Source: a virus (lineage: Duplodnaviria > Caudoviricetes). Taken from it: 64,000 nucleotides of DNA. Positions 1 to 8,433 of this stretch are shown here, piece after piece. The DNA is taken from positions 64,001-128,000 of the IMG/VR virus record IMGVR_UViG_3300032138_000002, one strand, 5' to 3'. The translations under genes were made by a program, and so were the position numbers. Position 1 is the first letter of the stretch, and each line of letters starts with the position of its first letter. The notes beneath the pieces are model-generated. The model was not told the DNA's origin. It saw only the letters and a list, made by a program, of their open reading frames with translations, and searched no databases.

Positions 1-6
1 TCGATT

Positions 7-1971
7 TCAATTCTTTTTCTCCTCTAATTCCCTGATAAGTTTTTTCACTTCGAAGTTCGTCTTAAGAATATTCTTCTCCCCATCGTCATAACTAGTTTCA
101 TCACCTTCGGAAATCCCCTTAGTTAATTGGCTCACGTCGGTGGTGCCAGGGAAGAGGGTGTTAATGGTAGTCGGCGTCTTGCCCCCTAAACTACGCATAT
201 TTTTAAGTCTAGGTGCGGAGGTCGACCTTCTATCACCCCCTCGTTGGCTTGCTGGTGTGTAAGTCTTGCCGTGGGAAGACCTTGTGGAAGTCAGTTTCTT
301 GCCGTCGGGCCCGCGAACCACTATTTTGTCAGACCTGTTGCCAGGTGACGCCAGGAGTGGTGAATCTTCGTCGGGCTCTTCGGCATCAGGTTCGGGCGTT
401 TCGGCTCCGGGTGTCTCGGATTCGCCGCCTCCGCCCAAGTCGGCGCCAAGATCTGCGCCGAAGTCTCCACCAAGATCGCCGCCTAGATCAGCGCCTAAGC
501 CACCACCGCCAGTGGCGTCGACAGAAATTTCCGTTTCAGACTGAAGGAGCGCTTCAAACTTTCTATCATGGAACAGTTCTCTTTGATTTCGTAAAAATTC
601 CTCATGAGATACATTAAAAATGTTTTGGGCAATCCATCGTTTACTAAAATACCCTTCGGTTGCGGCAGAGGCTATAGTAAATTTTTGATTGAGGTGTTCT
701 AGTTCTTGCATCTCCGCGATTTTCGAAGGGTTGTTTAATTGTAGGGAAAAAGATAGCAAATCTTCATGTCGATAGCCCAAAGTGTATAAATGAATAATGC
801 CCATTTTTTCCAATTCGGCGACAACGGCGCGTTGTAGTCTTTGCACCGTGCGAGAGAAACGCACATCTTTTTGAGAGAGAGTTGTCTTATCTTCATCGCC
901 CCCTTCCCCTCTAAACAAATAAGATTGAGGAATTTTCAAGGCTGCAAAGAGCTTGTCTTTAAGATATTTGATGTCGTCAATATCTCCAGTGTAAGTTCCG
1001 CCGGGCAAAGTTTCAACCTTCGAACTGACTGTTCCGCGGACGGGTATGAAGTAGTCTTCTTCGATGCTCATCGGGTTATATCGTAGATCTACGCGGCCTG
1101 TATTGGAATCCACAACTTGATTTCTTTTCATCTGGGTCATGACTTTTTGCATATATTGTTCAACGTCATCGGGCTGCACCGCACCAACATCAATATAAAA
1201 TACTCGACGCTCGGGGGAGCGAACAATGCGATAAGCCATTACCGCATCTTCCAACAAATTAAGTTGTCGGAATATTCGTCGTGACGCTTCTAAAACAGAA
1301 GTTCCGTATGGGGTATATTTATTGTTGCCTAAAACACGAAAATGGGCGATCTGCCAATTCTCAAAAGTAAGGCCGCCTGAATTCCATTGAAATTGGACAT
1401 AGCTAGGGTTTGTCTTATCTAAGCCCTCTAAGCGCTCAATTTCACTGGCTGGTAGACTAATAACATTTGAGATGCCCTCTTTCTCATCTATATCCATATA
1501 AAGAAAGTGATCCCCAAATTTGCACATTGCGCGGCACCAGCCAAACAGATTAAACTCAATATTTAATATGTCGTCGTAAAGATGTACTAATATTGCTTTG
1601 AGTTCCTCATTGGGGCAATTAACGTTAAGAACTTTATTAAACGCGTTGGAAGTAGACATCTCATCCGCATAAATATCAATCGCAGACGCAATAATGGGCT
1701 CGTACTCCATTTGGTCAAAGTCGCCATATCTCTCAACACGATTTTGATTGGCAAGAATATTCGAAGTAAGATTCTCGAAAGGATCATATGACGCCTTTTT
1801 AAATTGCTGACCAGTAGCGGACTGGAAGTAATACTTATCTAGCTGTCGCCTCTTTTCTCTTCGGGGGGTTTGGCGCCTATAATTTGTAAGCGGCCCCGAA
1901 AAAATTCGCGTCAACCTTTTATATAAGGATGATTTAGGGTTTCTGTTAGTCTTTTCGCCTGGTCTTGCCAT
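7..1971 (-). CDS. Portal protein (T4 gp20-like)
   Basis: gp20-like motifs YGTSVLE, LLEDAVMAYRIVRSPERRVFYIDVG, EEDYFIP, LPGG, DIDDIKY; adjacent to terminase; low-complexity Gly/Asp/Pro C-terminal tail. Confidence 0.95.
   Translation of the reverse strand: MARPGEKTNRNPKSSLYKRLTRIFSGPLTNYRRQTPRREKRRQLDKYYFQSATGQQFKKASYDPFENLTSNILANQNRVERYGDFDQMEYEPIIASAIDIYADEMSTSNAFNKVLNVNCPNEELKAILVHLYDDILNIEFNLFGWCRAMCKFGDHFLYMDIDEKEGISNVISLPASEIERLEGLDKTNPSYVQFQWNSGGLTFENWQIAHFRVLGNNKYTPYGTSVLEASRRIFRQLNLLEDAVMAYRIVRSPERRVFYIDVGAVQPDDVEQYMQKVMTQMKRNQVVDSNTGRVDLRYNPMSIEEDYFIPVRGTVSSKVETLPGGTYTGDIDDIKYLKDKLFAALKIPQSYLFRGEGGDEDKTTLSQKDVRFSRTVQRLQRAVVAELEKMGIIHLYTLGYRHEDLLSFSLQLNNPSKIAEMQELEHLNQKFTIASAATEGYFSKRWIAQNIFNVSHEEFLRNQRELFHDRKFEALLQSETEISVDATGGGGLGADLGGDLGGDFGADLGADLGGGGESETPGAETPEPDAEEPDEDSPLLASPGNRSDKIVVRGPDGKKLTSTRSSHGKTYTPASQRGGDRRSTSAPRLKNMRSLGGKTPTTINTLFPGTTDVSQLTKGISEGDETSYDDGEKNILKTNFEVKKLIRELEEKKN
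434..505 (-). repeat. Degenerate 12-bp tandem repeat (about 6 units) encoding G(G/A)D(L/F) in the portal C-terminal tail
   Basis: Plus-strand units cccaagtcggcg/ccaagatctgcg/ccgaagtctcca/ccaagatcgccg/cctagatcagcg/cctaagccacca; protein LGADLGGDLGGDFGADLGADLG. Confidence 0.85.
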
Positions 1972-1974
1972 CGT

Positions 1975-3564
1975 TTATCCTTTGAGGACCCATATAAAGT
2001 CCTTTAATTTATCTACTTCTTGCCTAGCTTTTCGTATATCTTGAGTTGGATTTTTATATCCGTGCATTCCGGGGATTGCTGTCGATAATGTGCTTTCTGT
2101 TCTGAACATTGATTCTAACATAGCTTGCTGATATTTTAAATCTTTTTCTATTTCCACAAACACCGTGTCCCGAATCCAGCACCCTATGGCAAAAGACATA
2201 ATCAGATCGTCATGGTAACTTCGCATTGCTTGGGGGCGCCCATTGATCCATACAAAGGTTTTCAGTTCATTCCATAAACGAGAAGAATATGTGGTTACCA
2301 TCTTGTTCCGTACGAATTCTTCCATTTTGGCTATAATCATAGGGCGCGTCTTTAAAGAGGTCGTAAACCCTGCAATAGCGGAATTGTTATATTCTGCCTG
2401 GCTCTGCTCAATAAATTCATGAGTGGATTTGATAGAGTGATATATGTTTGGATACTCGTGCTCTTTGAGTTTTTCTAAAACAGAAAACCCTACCGTGTTA
2501 TTTTCGACGACGATCATACATTCGCCGTACTCTTTTCCTGCGTCAAAAAGGATATTAGAAAAAACGTCCGGGGTTACCTTTCCTTGATATTCTCCGACGA
2601 TCTCCATTGTGTTTAACTTAAAAACTTGGAAGACAGAATAATCTTTGCCATCTCCTCTTGCAACGTCTGCCGAAATTAAATATTTAGAGGCCGCATCATA
2701 GTTCTCCCAAATCCAAAAATTGCGGTCGAAGCCGGTTCGATACTTAGGCTTTTGAATCAATTTTTGAATACGTCCAATATCATCCGGATGAATAACTGTT
2801 TCGCCCGAAGTATTAAAATTGCACTTTAACTCTTGTGCGATTTGTCTCCGGGACATATTTTTTGTTTCTTTTTCAAACCATTCCATATCACGATCAGGGT
2901 GGGTGTCCCACATGAGAGTGGTTGGAAAAAAATCATTAGCCCCTTGGTCAGCTTCCGAAAACGTTTTATGAAACCAATTTCCCACTCCATTTGGGGTGGA
3001 CAAAGCAATACAGCGCCCACCAGTAGACAAAGTGGGGTAAAGACCGGTCCACAGAGCATCTAGACCTTCCACGTGGGCAGCCTCGTCAATTACTAAAAGC
3101 GACAGCGCTTCGGAACGACCGGCGTCCCCCGATGTGGTCGATGCTTTAATTTGAGAACCGTTGGAGAGTTCAAAACTATTTCTATTATCTATAGAAACAT
3201 TGGCAATCTGGATCCAGTCTGGTAAGTTTTTAACAATGGCTTTTACCTTTTTTACAAGGTTGGCGGCTGTGGTATACTTGGTTGCCATCACTAGAATATT
3301 TTTATCGCGGTGGAACATCATCAGCCAGGCGACATAAGCTGCTGTTATTGTTGATATCCCCAATTGTCGAGCTTTCAGAATAACATTAAAACGGTGAGCC
3401 TCATAGTTTTCGATTAGGTCTTCCTGATAATTATAAAGTTTAAAAGGAATGAGGCCTTGCATCGGGTGGGATATCTTGGCGTAACTATTTATAAAATACG
3501 AAGGATCCTTCCCGCATTTAATAATTTCTTTGGTAATCTGTTGTTTTGTTAACTGAAAAGACAT
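1975..3564 (-). CDS. terL: Terminase large subunit (T4 gp17-like)
   Basis: Walker A KARQLGIST, Walker B LVIDEAA, coupling motif STPNG, nuclease motifs ADVARG and HDD. Confidence 0.96.
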   Translation of the reverse strand: MSFQLTKQQITKEIIKCGKDPSYFINSYAKISHPMQGLIPFKLYNYQEDLIENYEAHRFNVILKARQLGISTITAAYVAWLMMFHRDKNILVMATKYTTAANLVKKVKAIVKNLPDWIQIANVSIDNRNSFELSNGSQIKASTTSGDAGRSEALSLLVIDEAAHVEGLDALWTGLYPTLSTGGRCIALSTPNGVGNWFHKTFSEADQGANDFFPTTLMWDTHPDRDMEWFEKETKNMSRRQIAQELKCNFNTSGETVIHPDDIGRIQKLIQKPKYRTGFDRNFWIWENYDAASKYLISADVARGDGKDYSVFQVFKLNTMEIVGEYQGKVTPDVFSNILFDAGKEYGECMIVVENNTVGFSVLEKLKEHEYPNIYHSIKSTHEFIEQSQAEYNNSAIAGFTTSLKTRPMIIAKMEEFVRNKMVTTYSSRLWNELKTFVWINGRPQAMRSYHDDLIMSFAIGCWIRDTVFVEIEKDLKYQQAMLESMFRTESTLSTAIPGMHGYKNPTQDIRKARQEVDKLKDFIWVLKG

Positions 3565-3582
3565 ACACTTTCTTATTCTCTT

Positions 3583-4110
3583 CTACACCAAGCGATCATT
3601 TTTGCCCAAAGACAGCCAATCTCTGATCGCCTGGTCCAGGCGATCTTTATCGGAAGAGGCGTTGACTTCTGCAACCCCGGTTAACCCACCAATAGTATAA
3701 TTTTGTTTCGCGACAACCCAAGTTCGAAAGGTGTTCAGGTGTTCTACTTGAATGTCCGCTTCGCCATCACGCGTTAAAGTTAACGCGTCTCCAGTAATCT
3801 TTTTATACTCTCTTTTAAGATAGTTTACAATATCGGCTAGGTGTTGATCGATGTCGCCCTCGAACTTGTTGACCTTATGTACGTCCTTAAGTTTTGATTC
3901 GGAATGGTAGGTGAGCATCAAGGTTTTACCTTGGACGCGCACGTTATACCCATCCATAATCCTATAGTCTAAATTAATGTTTCCTTTGTCCCTTTCCAGT
4001 CCGGCGTCTTTTGTTTCACCGTCGACTACTAAGTTGGGATCTTGAGAGCCATCGTAATTGAGTGCGGCGGCTTGTGAGATGCCTTTAATAACATCCATAA
4101 TGTGTGCCAT
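3583..4110 (-). CDS. Hypothetical phage protein (late gene upstream of terminase)
   Basis: 175-aa ORF with AGGAGA RBS and an upstream late-type motif; no recognisable family. Confidence 0.7.
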   Translation of the reverse strand: MAHIMDVIKGISQAAALNYDGSQDPNLVVDGETKDAGLERDKGNINLDYRIMDGYNVRVQGKTLMLTYHSESKLKDVHKVNKFEGDIDQHLADIVNYLKREYKKITGDALTLTRDGEADIQVEHLNTFRTWVVAKQNYTIGGLTGVAEVNASSDKDRLDQAIRDWLSLGKNDRLV

Positions 4111-4150
4111 GAGAATTCTCCTAAATAACGTTACTTTGTAAGTAGTTGTC

Positions 4151-4630
4151 TCAATCTAATTCAGTCTTAGATCTTATAAAATCAATAGTATAACACCGGG
4201 CGCGACCCAGTAAGCATAAAATTTCTTTTTTATTAAATCCCACAATTATGGTATTTTTAATAATAAAAAGTGGGACTGCGTTGAGTTCGCCCTTATACCC
4301 AATTTTTTTTGCCAAATCAAGAAGTTCTTGATATTGTTCGGGATTATTCATATTTTTCTCGATATACGAAATTCCGAGTTCATCGAGGAAGTGCTTAGCT
4401 ACTTTACAAAACGTGCACCACGAAGTTGAATACATAATTACACTCACCGATTTTTGGTCGGTCGTTACTAATATGGGTTTTTCTATTTGGTACAGGTCGA
4501 TCTCGCCCATTTCCTCTTCGGCCGCGGCCATATCATCAAGACCCTGCATTAGGACGGAACAAGATACGGGAACAATGATGAGGGCTAGAATTAAAACAAA
4601 CAGTCGCCAACTACTAAGAATTGTTTTCAT
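4151..4630 (-). CDS. Membrane-anchored glutaredoxin/NrdH-like protein
   Basis: N-terminal hydrophobic helix; YSTSWCTFC (CxxC), cis-Pro motif AVP and IIVGF typical of the Grx fold. Confidence 0.8.
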   Translation of the reverse strand: MKTILSSWRLFVLILALIIVPVSCSVLMQGLDDMAAAEEEMGEIDLYQIEKPILVTTDQKSVSVIMYSTSWCTFCKVAKHFLDELGISYIEKNMNNPEQYQELLDLAKKIGYKGELNAVPLFIIKNTIIVGFNKKEILCLLGRARCYTIDFIRSKTELD

Positions 4631-4784
4631 TTTTTCGTTTTTCCTCTATTTCTAAATCGAAGACCCTTTTAGTTACCTCTTCAAGGTGGGTGTAATCAAT
4701 ACTCTGGTACATCTCGCGAAGATTTGTTATTGCTTCTTTGAAGGTCAGTTTTTCTCTTTCTATATCAATACAAATTATGCACAT
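4614..4784 (-). CDS. Small 56-aa protein (MCIICIDIEREKLTFKEAITNLREM...), absent from the supplied ORF track
   Basis: Translated by hand; GGAGG RBS upstream, fills the intergenic gap, N-terminal CxxC. Confidence 0.7.
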   Translation of the reverse strand: MCIICIDIEREKLTFKEAITNLREMYQSIDYTHLEEVTKRVFDLEIEEKRKNENNS

Positions 4785-5081
4785 TTACTCGCCCTCCGAA
4801 TGAGATATACTGCTTGCCTCTTTGGAGAGACCTAACAAAATTCGAATTTCCTCTATAATATCCCCAAGATGCCCCACTTTATCAATAGATATATCTAAGA
4901 CACCAGTTCCATGCATGGCTTCTAACTTTTCTCCCAAACTTTTGTCTAGAGCGGCAACATAAGAGTCTAGCGCGGGGTCTTGGCGGGGTGCGCCAAAGTC
5001 CACATCTACAACATCACCTTCTAGCGCTAAAGCTATTTCTTCCTTAATAATTTCTTTTAATCTTTTTGGATCTAATTTCAT
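4785..5081 (-). CDS. Small acidic protein with LKEIIKEE N-terminal motif (putative internal head protein)
   Basis: ORF with GGAG RBS; motif shared with the neighbouring gene. Confidence 0.65.
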   Translation of the reverse strand: MKLDPKRLKEIIKEEIALALEGDVVDVDFGAPRQDPALDSYVAALDKSLGEKLEAMHGTGVLDISIDKVGHLGDIIEEIRILLGLSKEASSISHSEGE

Positions 5082-5452
5082 TCTTGATTTTCTCCTTGGT
5101 AACCCTTTTCGGCGGTGCGTTCAAGGACGTCCGCCAATTTCGGACCTTGATTAAGCATCTGCAGCCACGCTTGCTGTTGTACGTCTGTTAATTCTTGATA
5201 ATGAACGACTGCTGAAGCTAGGGTTTCTTTAAAAACCTGATTAACTGTAGCTTCATCTATCTCCGCCAACAAGTCCTCTTTGAGTTCTCCCATATTGCGG
5301 AGGGCTGTGGCTACGTAAGCTTTTGGTTTTTTAATTCCTGCTTTTTTAGCCTTTTTGACTTTCGCATCAAATGTAGGCGCATTCAAGATACCGGCTTTTT
5401 TACTTACCTCTTCTCGAATTATTCTTTTTAGATCTTCTATTTTTAACTTCAT
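5078..5452 (-). CDS. Small protein with LKRIIREE N-terminal motif (putative internal head protein); start re-called to 5452
   Basis: GGAG upstream of the ATG at 5452; N-terminus MKLKIEDLKRIIREE parallels the next gene. Confidence 0.65.
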   Translation of the reverse strand: MKLKIEDLKRIIREEVSKKAGILNAPTFDAKVKKAKKAGIKKPKAYVATALRNMGELKEDLLAEIDEATVNQVFKETLASAVVHYQELTDVQQQAWLQMLNQGPKLADVLERTAEKGYQGENQE

Positions 5453-5828
5453 CTTGTTCTGGTCTCCACCCTGTCTCCCACCGCGCTTCTCGGCCCTCGA
5501 CATATTCCATATAACATTTATAACAACATCCGTATCTATTATTATACACATCGTCCTTTAAAGAAAAAGAGTAGACATCACACACAAGGCATGTTCTTTC
5601 TACTCGTTTATTAAGTAGTCTTTTGTCAACAAGAATATCATTTTCTTTGACTTTTTGATTTTTGTCTTTGTGGTGGTCTTCGCGACTTTGTTGGTCACTA
5701 AGCTGTTCTAAATAATCTTTTTCTTTATCTTCATCCCAGTTCTTTCTAGGATGCTGGATTGTTTCCTCCCCGTATTTTTTAGATATCGCCTGTTCTACCT
5801 GGGCTATATATTTTTCATCTCGCTTCAT
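5400..5828 (-). CDS. Cys-rich (CxxC...CCxxC) hypothetical protein; start re-called to 5828
   Basis: CLVC and CCYKC motifs; the longer track start runs through a hairpin and a promoter. Confidence 0.7.
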   Translation of the reverse strand: MKRDEKYIAQVEQAISKKYGEETIQHPRKNWDEDKEKDYLEQLSDQQSREDHHKDKNQKVKENDILVDKRLLNKRVERTCLVCDVYSFSLKDDVYNNRYGCCYKCYMEYVEGREARWETGWRPEQDEVKNRRSKKNNSRRGK

Positions 5829-5835
5829 AAAAGTA

Positions 5836-5864
5836 ATTATAACATCTTTTTCTTTATTATTAAA
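5836..5864 (-). promoter_or_regulatory. Sigma70-type promoter TTTAAT-N17-TATAAT with extended -10 TG; probably gives a leaderless mRNA
   Basis: Sense strand TGTTATAAT ends 7 nt before the ATG at 5828; no SD. Confidence 0.6.
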
Positions 5865-5866
5865 GC

Positions 5867-5906
5867 AAGATGCCCCATCCAAGCCGAAACCTGAACGGGG
5901 CATCTT
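5867..5906 (-). terminator. Long hairpin with UUCG tetraloop downstream of the major tail fibre gene (terminator or processing stem)
   Basis: Sense AAGAUGCCCCGUUCAGGU-UUCG-GCUUGGAUGGGGCAUCUU forms 18 bp including G-U pairs. Confidence 0.75.
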
Positions 5907-5950
5907 TTTATCGGTTAGCCGGAACTAATCGACTTGTAATTAAATAGAAA

Positions 5951-8287
5951 TTACTTAGTGTTGTTCTCAACTTTGGCGGCCAATTCCTTGACAGCTTCTA
6001 CGAGAACAGCGGTAAGACGGGCATAGTCAAGACCGAAGTGATCGCCTTCGCCATTGCTGGCGCGGACAACCTCAGGAATAACCTGGTTTACTTCCTGCGC
6101 GATAAATCCGATATCGGACTTACCATCATTCTTCCAGTCGTAGCTTACGCCACGAAGGGACTTAACTGTATCAAGAGCGTTATCAAGCGAGTTGATATTA
6201 GTCTTGAGAGTCTCGTCGGAGTAAGTAATGTAGGAATGTGCTTTAACGGTACCATTGGTAGAATCGTTTGGAAGCACGAGGCCAGCAGCATTACCCCAAG
6301 TCATGGTTTTGAGCGAACCAGCCACTCTAACCTTGAAGTCTATTTTGGCATCTTCTTCTGTAGCCGTGACGTCAGTCTGAGTTACAAGAATCTTAGCGAG
6401 AAGATCCGAGGCACCACCAGAGTCATCAGCGTAGAAATCAATCTCGCCAACTTCATCGTTATCAGCAGGAGAAGCGCTGTTCTTGTTGAACTTAAGTGTA
6501 GCTGGATTTGCATCAGCGTTGGTGTTCTGAAGTTCAAGAACTGGCTTGTCGCTTGTGCCGCTATCAATCACAACGCTTGGCGAAGTAATTGCAACAGCGG
6601 TAGTTGCGTCAATGTCCAAAGTAGCTGTGGAGATCTCAACCTCGACGTCAGCGTCGATGTCAAGTTGTCCGTCAGCACTAGAGTTAACGAAAGTCGCAGT
6701 ATCCTGGAAGCAAAGCTTGTTGGTACTATTCAGAGTGAGGCCTGTGCCATCAGTATGAGTAAGAGTTGTGTCTTGGTCATTACCAAACTGGATAGTAGAA
6801 CTATCAGCAAGATAAAGGTCAGAGAACTCAAGAGCAGTGCTACCCAAAGTTCCGCCATCAGCGGCGTTTGGGAGAACGTTACCGTCAACCTTAACGTCAC
6901 CGCCGGCTGGATCGAGAACGATGTCAGCAGCAGCAACCATCTTAAAGTCAGTATCAACATCAAGGTAGTCAGCGGCGCTGTCTACTTCAAGGCGGATTGC
7001 TCGAAGGTTACCACCAGCAACGCTAAGAAGGTCGCCAGTTTGAGTCATGGTGACATCACCACTATCCCAGTTGATTACTCCACCTTCAGCAAGGAAGAGG
7101 TCGGAGAAGGCTGTGCCTGCTTGACCTAAGTAAGCGCCATCATCGGCGTCAGGCACCATTCCAGTTTGGAAAACTGCTTGGCCGGATACGTTCATAGCCG
7201 CGTTAACATCCAAAGTAGTACAATCAATGTTTACGTCCGTAGTGGCAGCGATGTCAAGATCTGCTCCCGAAGAGCCGTTGATGTACTGAGTAGCATCATT
7301 GAACTCGATTTTGTTGGTCGAAGCCATGAGAAGCGACGTTGCCGAAGCATCAAAGCGGGCGATTTCGCCAACTGGGTTACATTCAAAGAGAATGTCATCG
7401 CCACTTACTGAAGACGAAATGGACTGCCCGGAAGCATGAGCCATGTTAAACTTCATTTGCAAAGTGCCGCCATCCTTTAAAAGAACAGCACCACCGTCGG
7501 CGTCAAGGATAACCTTGTCCGAAGCGTCGAGGTTGATGTCAGCGGCGTCACCACCAACAAGGTCTAAGTCAGCAGCAAGGGAAGCCGAAACTACCATCTT
7601 GCTAGAAGATTGACTGATTGCACCAAATTGTACCCCATCATCTTTGAAAAGAACATCAGCGCCACCAGCATCAAGAATGATGTCGGTGCTGCAATCCAAG
7701 GTAAGATTACCTGTGGAAGTGATGGAAATGGGTGTAGCCGCGATTGTGAGACCGGTTGTGCCATCGTGAGTGAGTGTGGCGTCGCCACCATCACCTAAAG
7801 AAAGAACAGCAGAGTCGGAACTCAAGGTTACGTCGTCAGCGACGTCGAGGTCGCCAGCGCATACGACTTGACCACCACCACCAAGTGTGATGGTGTTGGT
7901 TGCTGTTGTGGTCGCAGCGAAAATGATTTTATTTTCATCTGCGTCACCGATGATGTTGCCACCAAGAGTGAGGTTACCTGCGATAGTAACATTGGTTGGA
8001 AGACCGAAAGTCATTGTGGTTCCCGCGAATGAGGTTTCAACCTCAAGCGAGGTACCAGCAAGAGTAAAGGTATCCGAACTCAAGTCAATATCGCCACTGC
8101 CGGAGTCACCAGCTACGGTAAGACTATTACCACCAGCTAAGTCGACAATACCGGTCGATTGAGAAATATATAGTTTTGGAACTGTAGCAGAACCCGACGC
8201 GAAAATGCGCGGATGTGTGTTACCCACACCACCCGAAACATTTGCGATGTTTTCGTACTCAGAAAAAACTTGATAAGTTGTAGACAT
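5951..8287 (-). CDS. Tail fibre protein with C-terminal peptidase S74 intramolecular chaperone
   Basis: YSDETLKTNI...IGFIAQEV..VIPEVV...LDYARLTAVLVEAVKEL; internal beta-rich repeats; AGGAGG RBS. Confidence 0.9.
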   Translation of the reverse strand: MSTTYQVFSEYENIANVSGGVGNTHPRIFASGSATVPKLYISQSTGIVDLAGGNSLTVAGDSGSGDIDLSSDTFTLAGTSLEVETSFAGTTMTFGLPTNVTIAGNLTLGGNIIGDADENKIIFAATTTATNTITLGGGGQVVCAGDLDVADDVTLSSDSAVLSLGDGGDATLTHDGTTGLTIAATPISITSTGNLTLDCSTDIILDAGGADVLFKDDGVQFGAISQSSSKMVVSASLAADLDLVGGDAADINLDASDKVILDADGGAVLLKDGGTLQMKFNMAHASGQSISSSVSGDDILFECNPVGEIARFDASATSLLMASTNKIEFNDATQYINGSSGADLDIAATTDVNIDCTTLDVNAAMNVSGQAVFQTGMVPDADDGAYLGQAGTAFSDLFLAEGGVINWDSGDVTMTQTGDLLSVAGGNLRAIRLEVDSAADYLDVDTDFKMVAAADIVLDPAGGDVKVDGNVLPNAADGGTLGSTALEFSDLYLADSSTIQFGNDQDTTLTHTDGTGLTLNSTNKLCFQDTATFVNSSADGQLDIDADVEVEISTATLDIDATTAVAITSPSVVIDSGTSDKPVLELQNTNADANPATLKFNKNSASPADNDEVGEIDFYADDSGGASDLLAKILVTQTDVTATEEDAKIDFKVRVAGSLKTMTWGNAAGLVLPNDSTNGTVKAHSYITYSDETLKTNINSLDNALDTVKSLRGVSYDWKNDGKSDIGFIAQEVNQVIPEVVRASNGEGDHFGLDYARLTAVLVEAVKELAAKVENNTK

Positions 8288-8323
8288 AAAAAACCCTCCT
8301 ATGTTTTGTTTTTTATATGTTTT

Positions 8324-8410
8324 GGCTAGAGATGTACCTCTGCACCCCTAATCACTTAGGAAGTAGTCGGCAAACCCTCGCCACTACTAAATAGAGCACT
8401 GCGCTCTATT
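8324..8410 (-). promoter_or_regulatory. Structured leader of the tail fibre gene: four tandem hairpins overlapping a late-promoter motif
   Basis: Sense hairpins AAUAGAGC/GCUCUAUU; AGUAGUGGCGA/UUGCC-G-ACUACU; CCUAA-GUGA-UUAGG (GNRA loop); AGAG/CUCU. Confidence 0.6.
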
Positions 8411-8433
8411 AAGAACAAAAAAACCATAGTTTT

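Noticed and set aside
434-505. 12-bp repeat as a possible CRISPR array or DGR element
   Set aside because: It is a degenerate in-frame coding repeat with no spacers; no cas or reverse transcriptase gene and no TR/VR pair seen
5829-5903. N-terminal extension of ORF 5400..5903, and similar extensions at 5551, 10124, 53006, 54731, 57602, 58332, 60436 and 61817
   Set aside because: The extensions run through hairpins, promoters or upstream genes; downstream starts have better RBS or coupling
6038-7129. 363-aa plus-strand ORF antisense to the tail fibre
   Set aside because: Shadow ORF explained by the biased codon usage of the fibre gene; no RBS or recognisable motifs
8324-8410. Multi-stem element as a tRNA or known riboswitch
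   Set aside because: No cloverleaf closure, T-loop or CCA, and no aptamer consensus I can recognise; kept only as an unassigned structured leader
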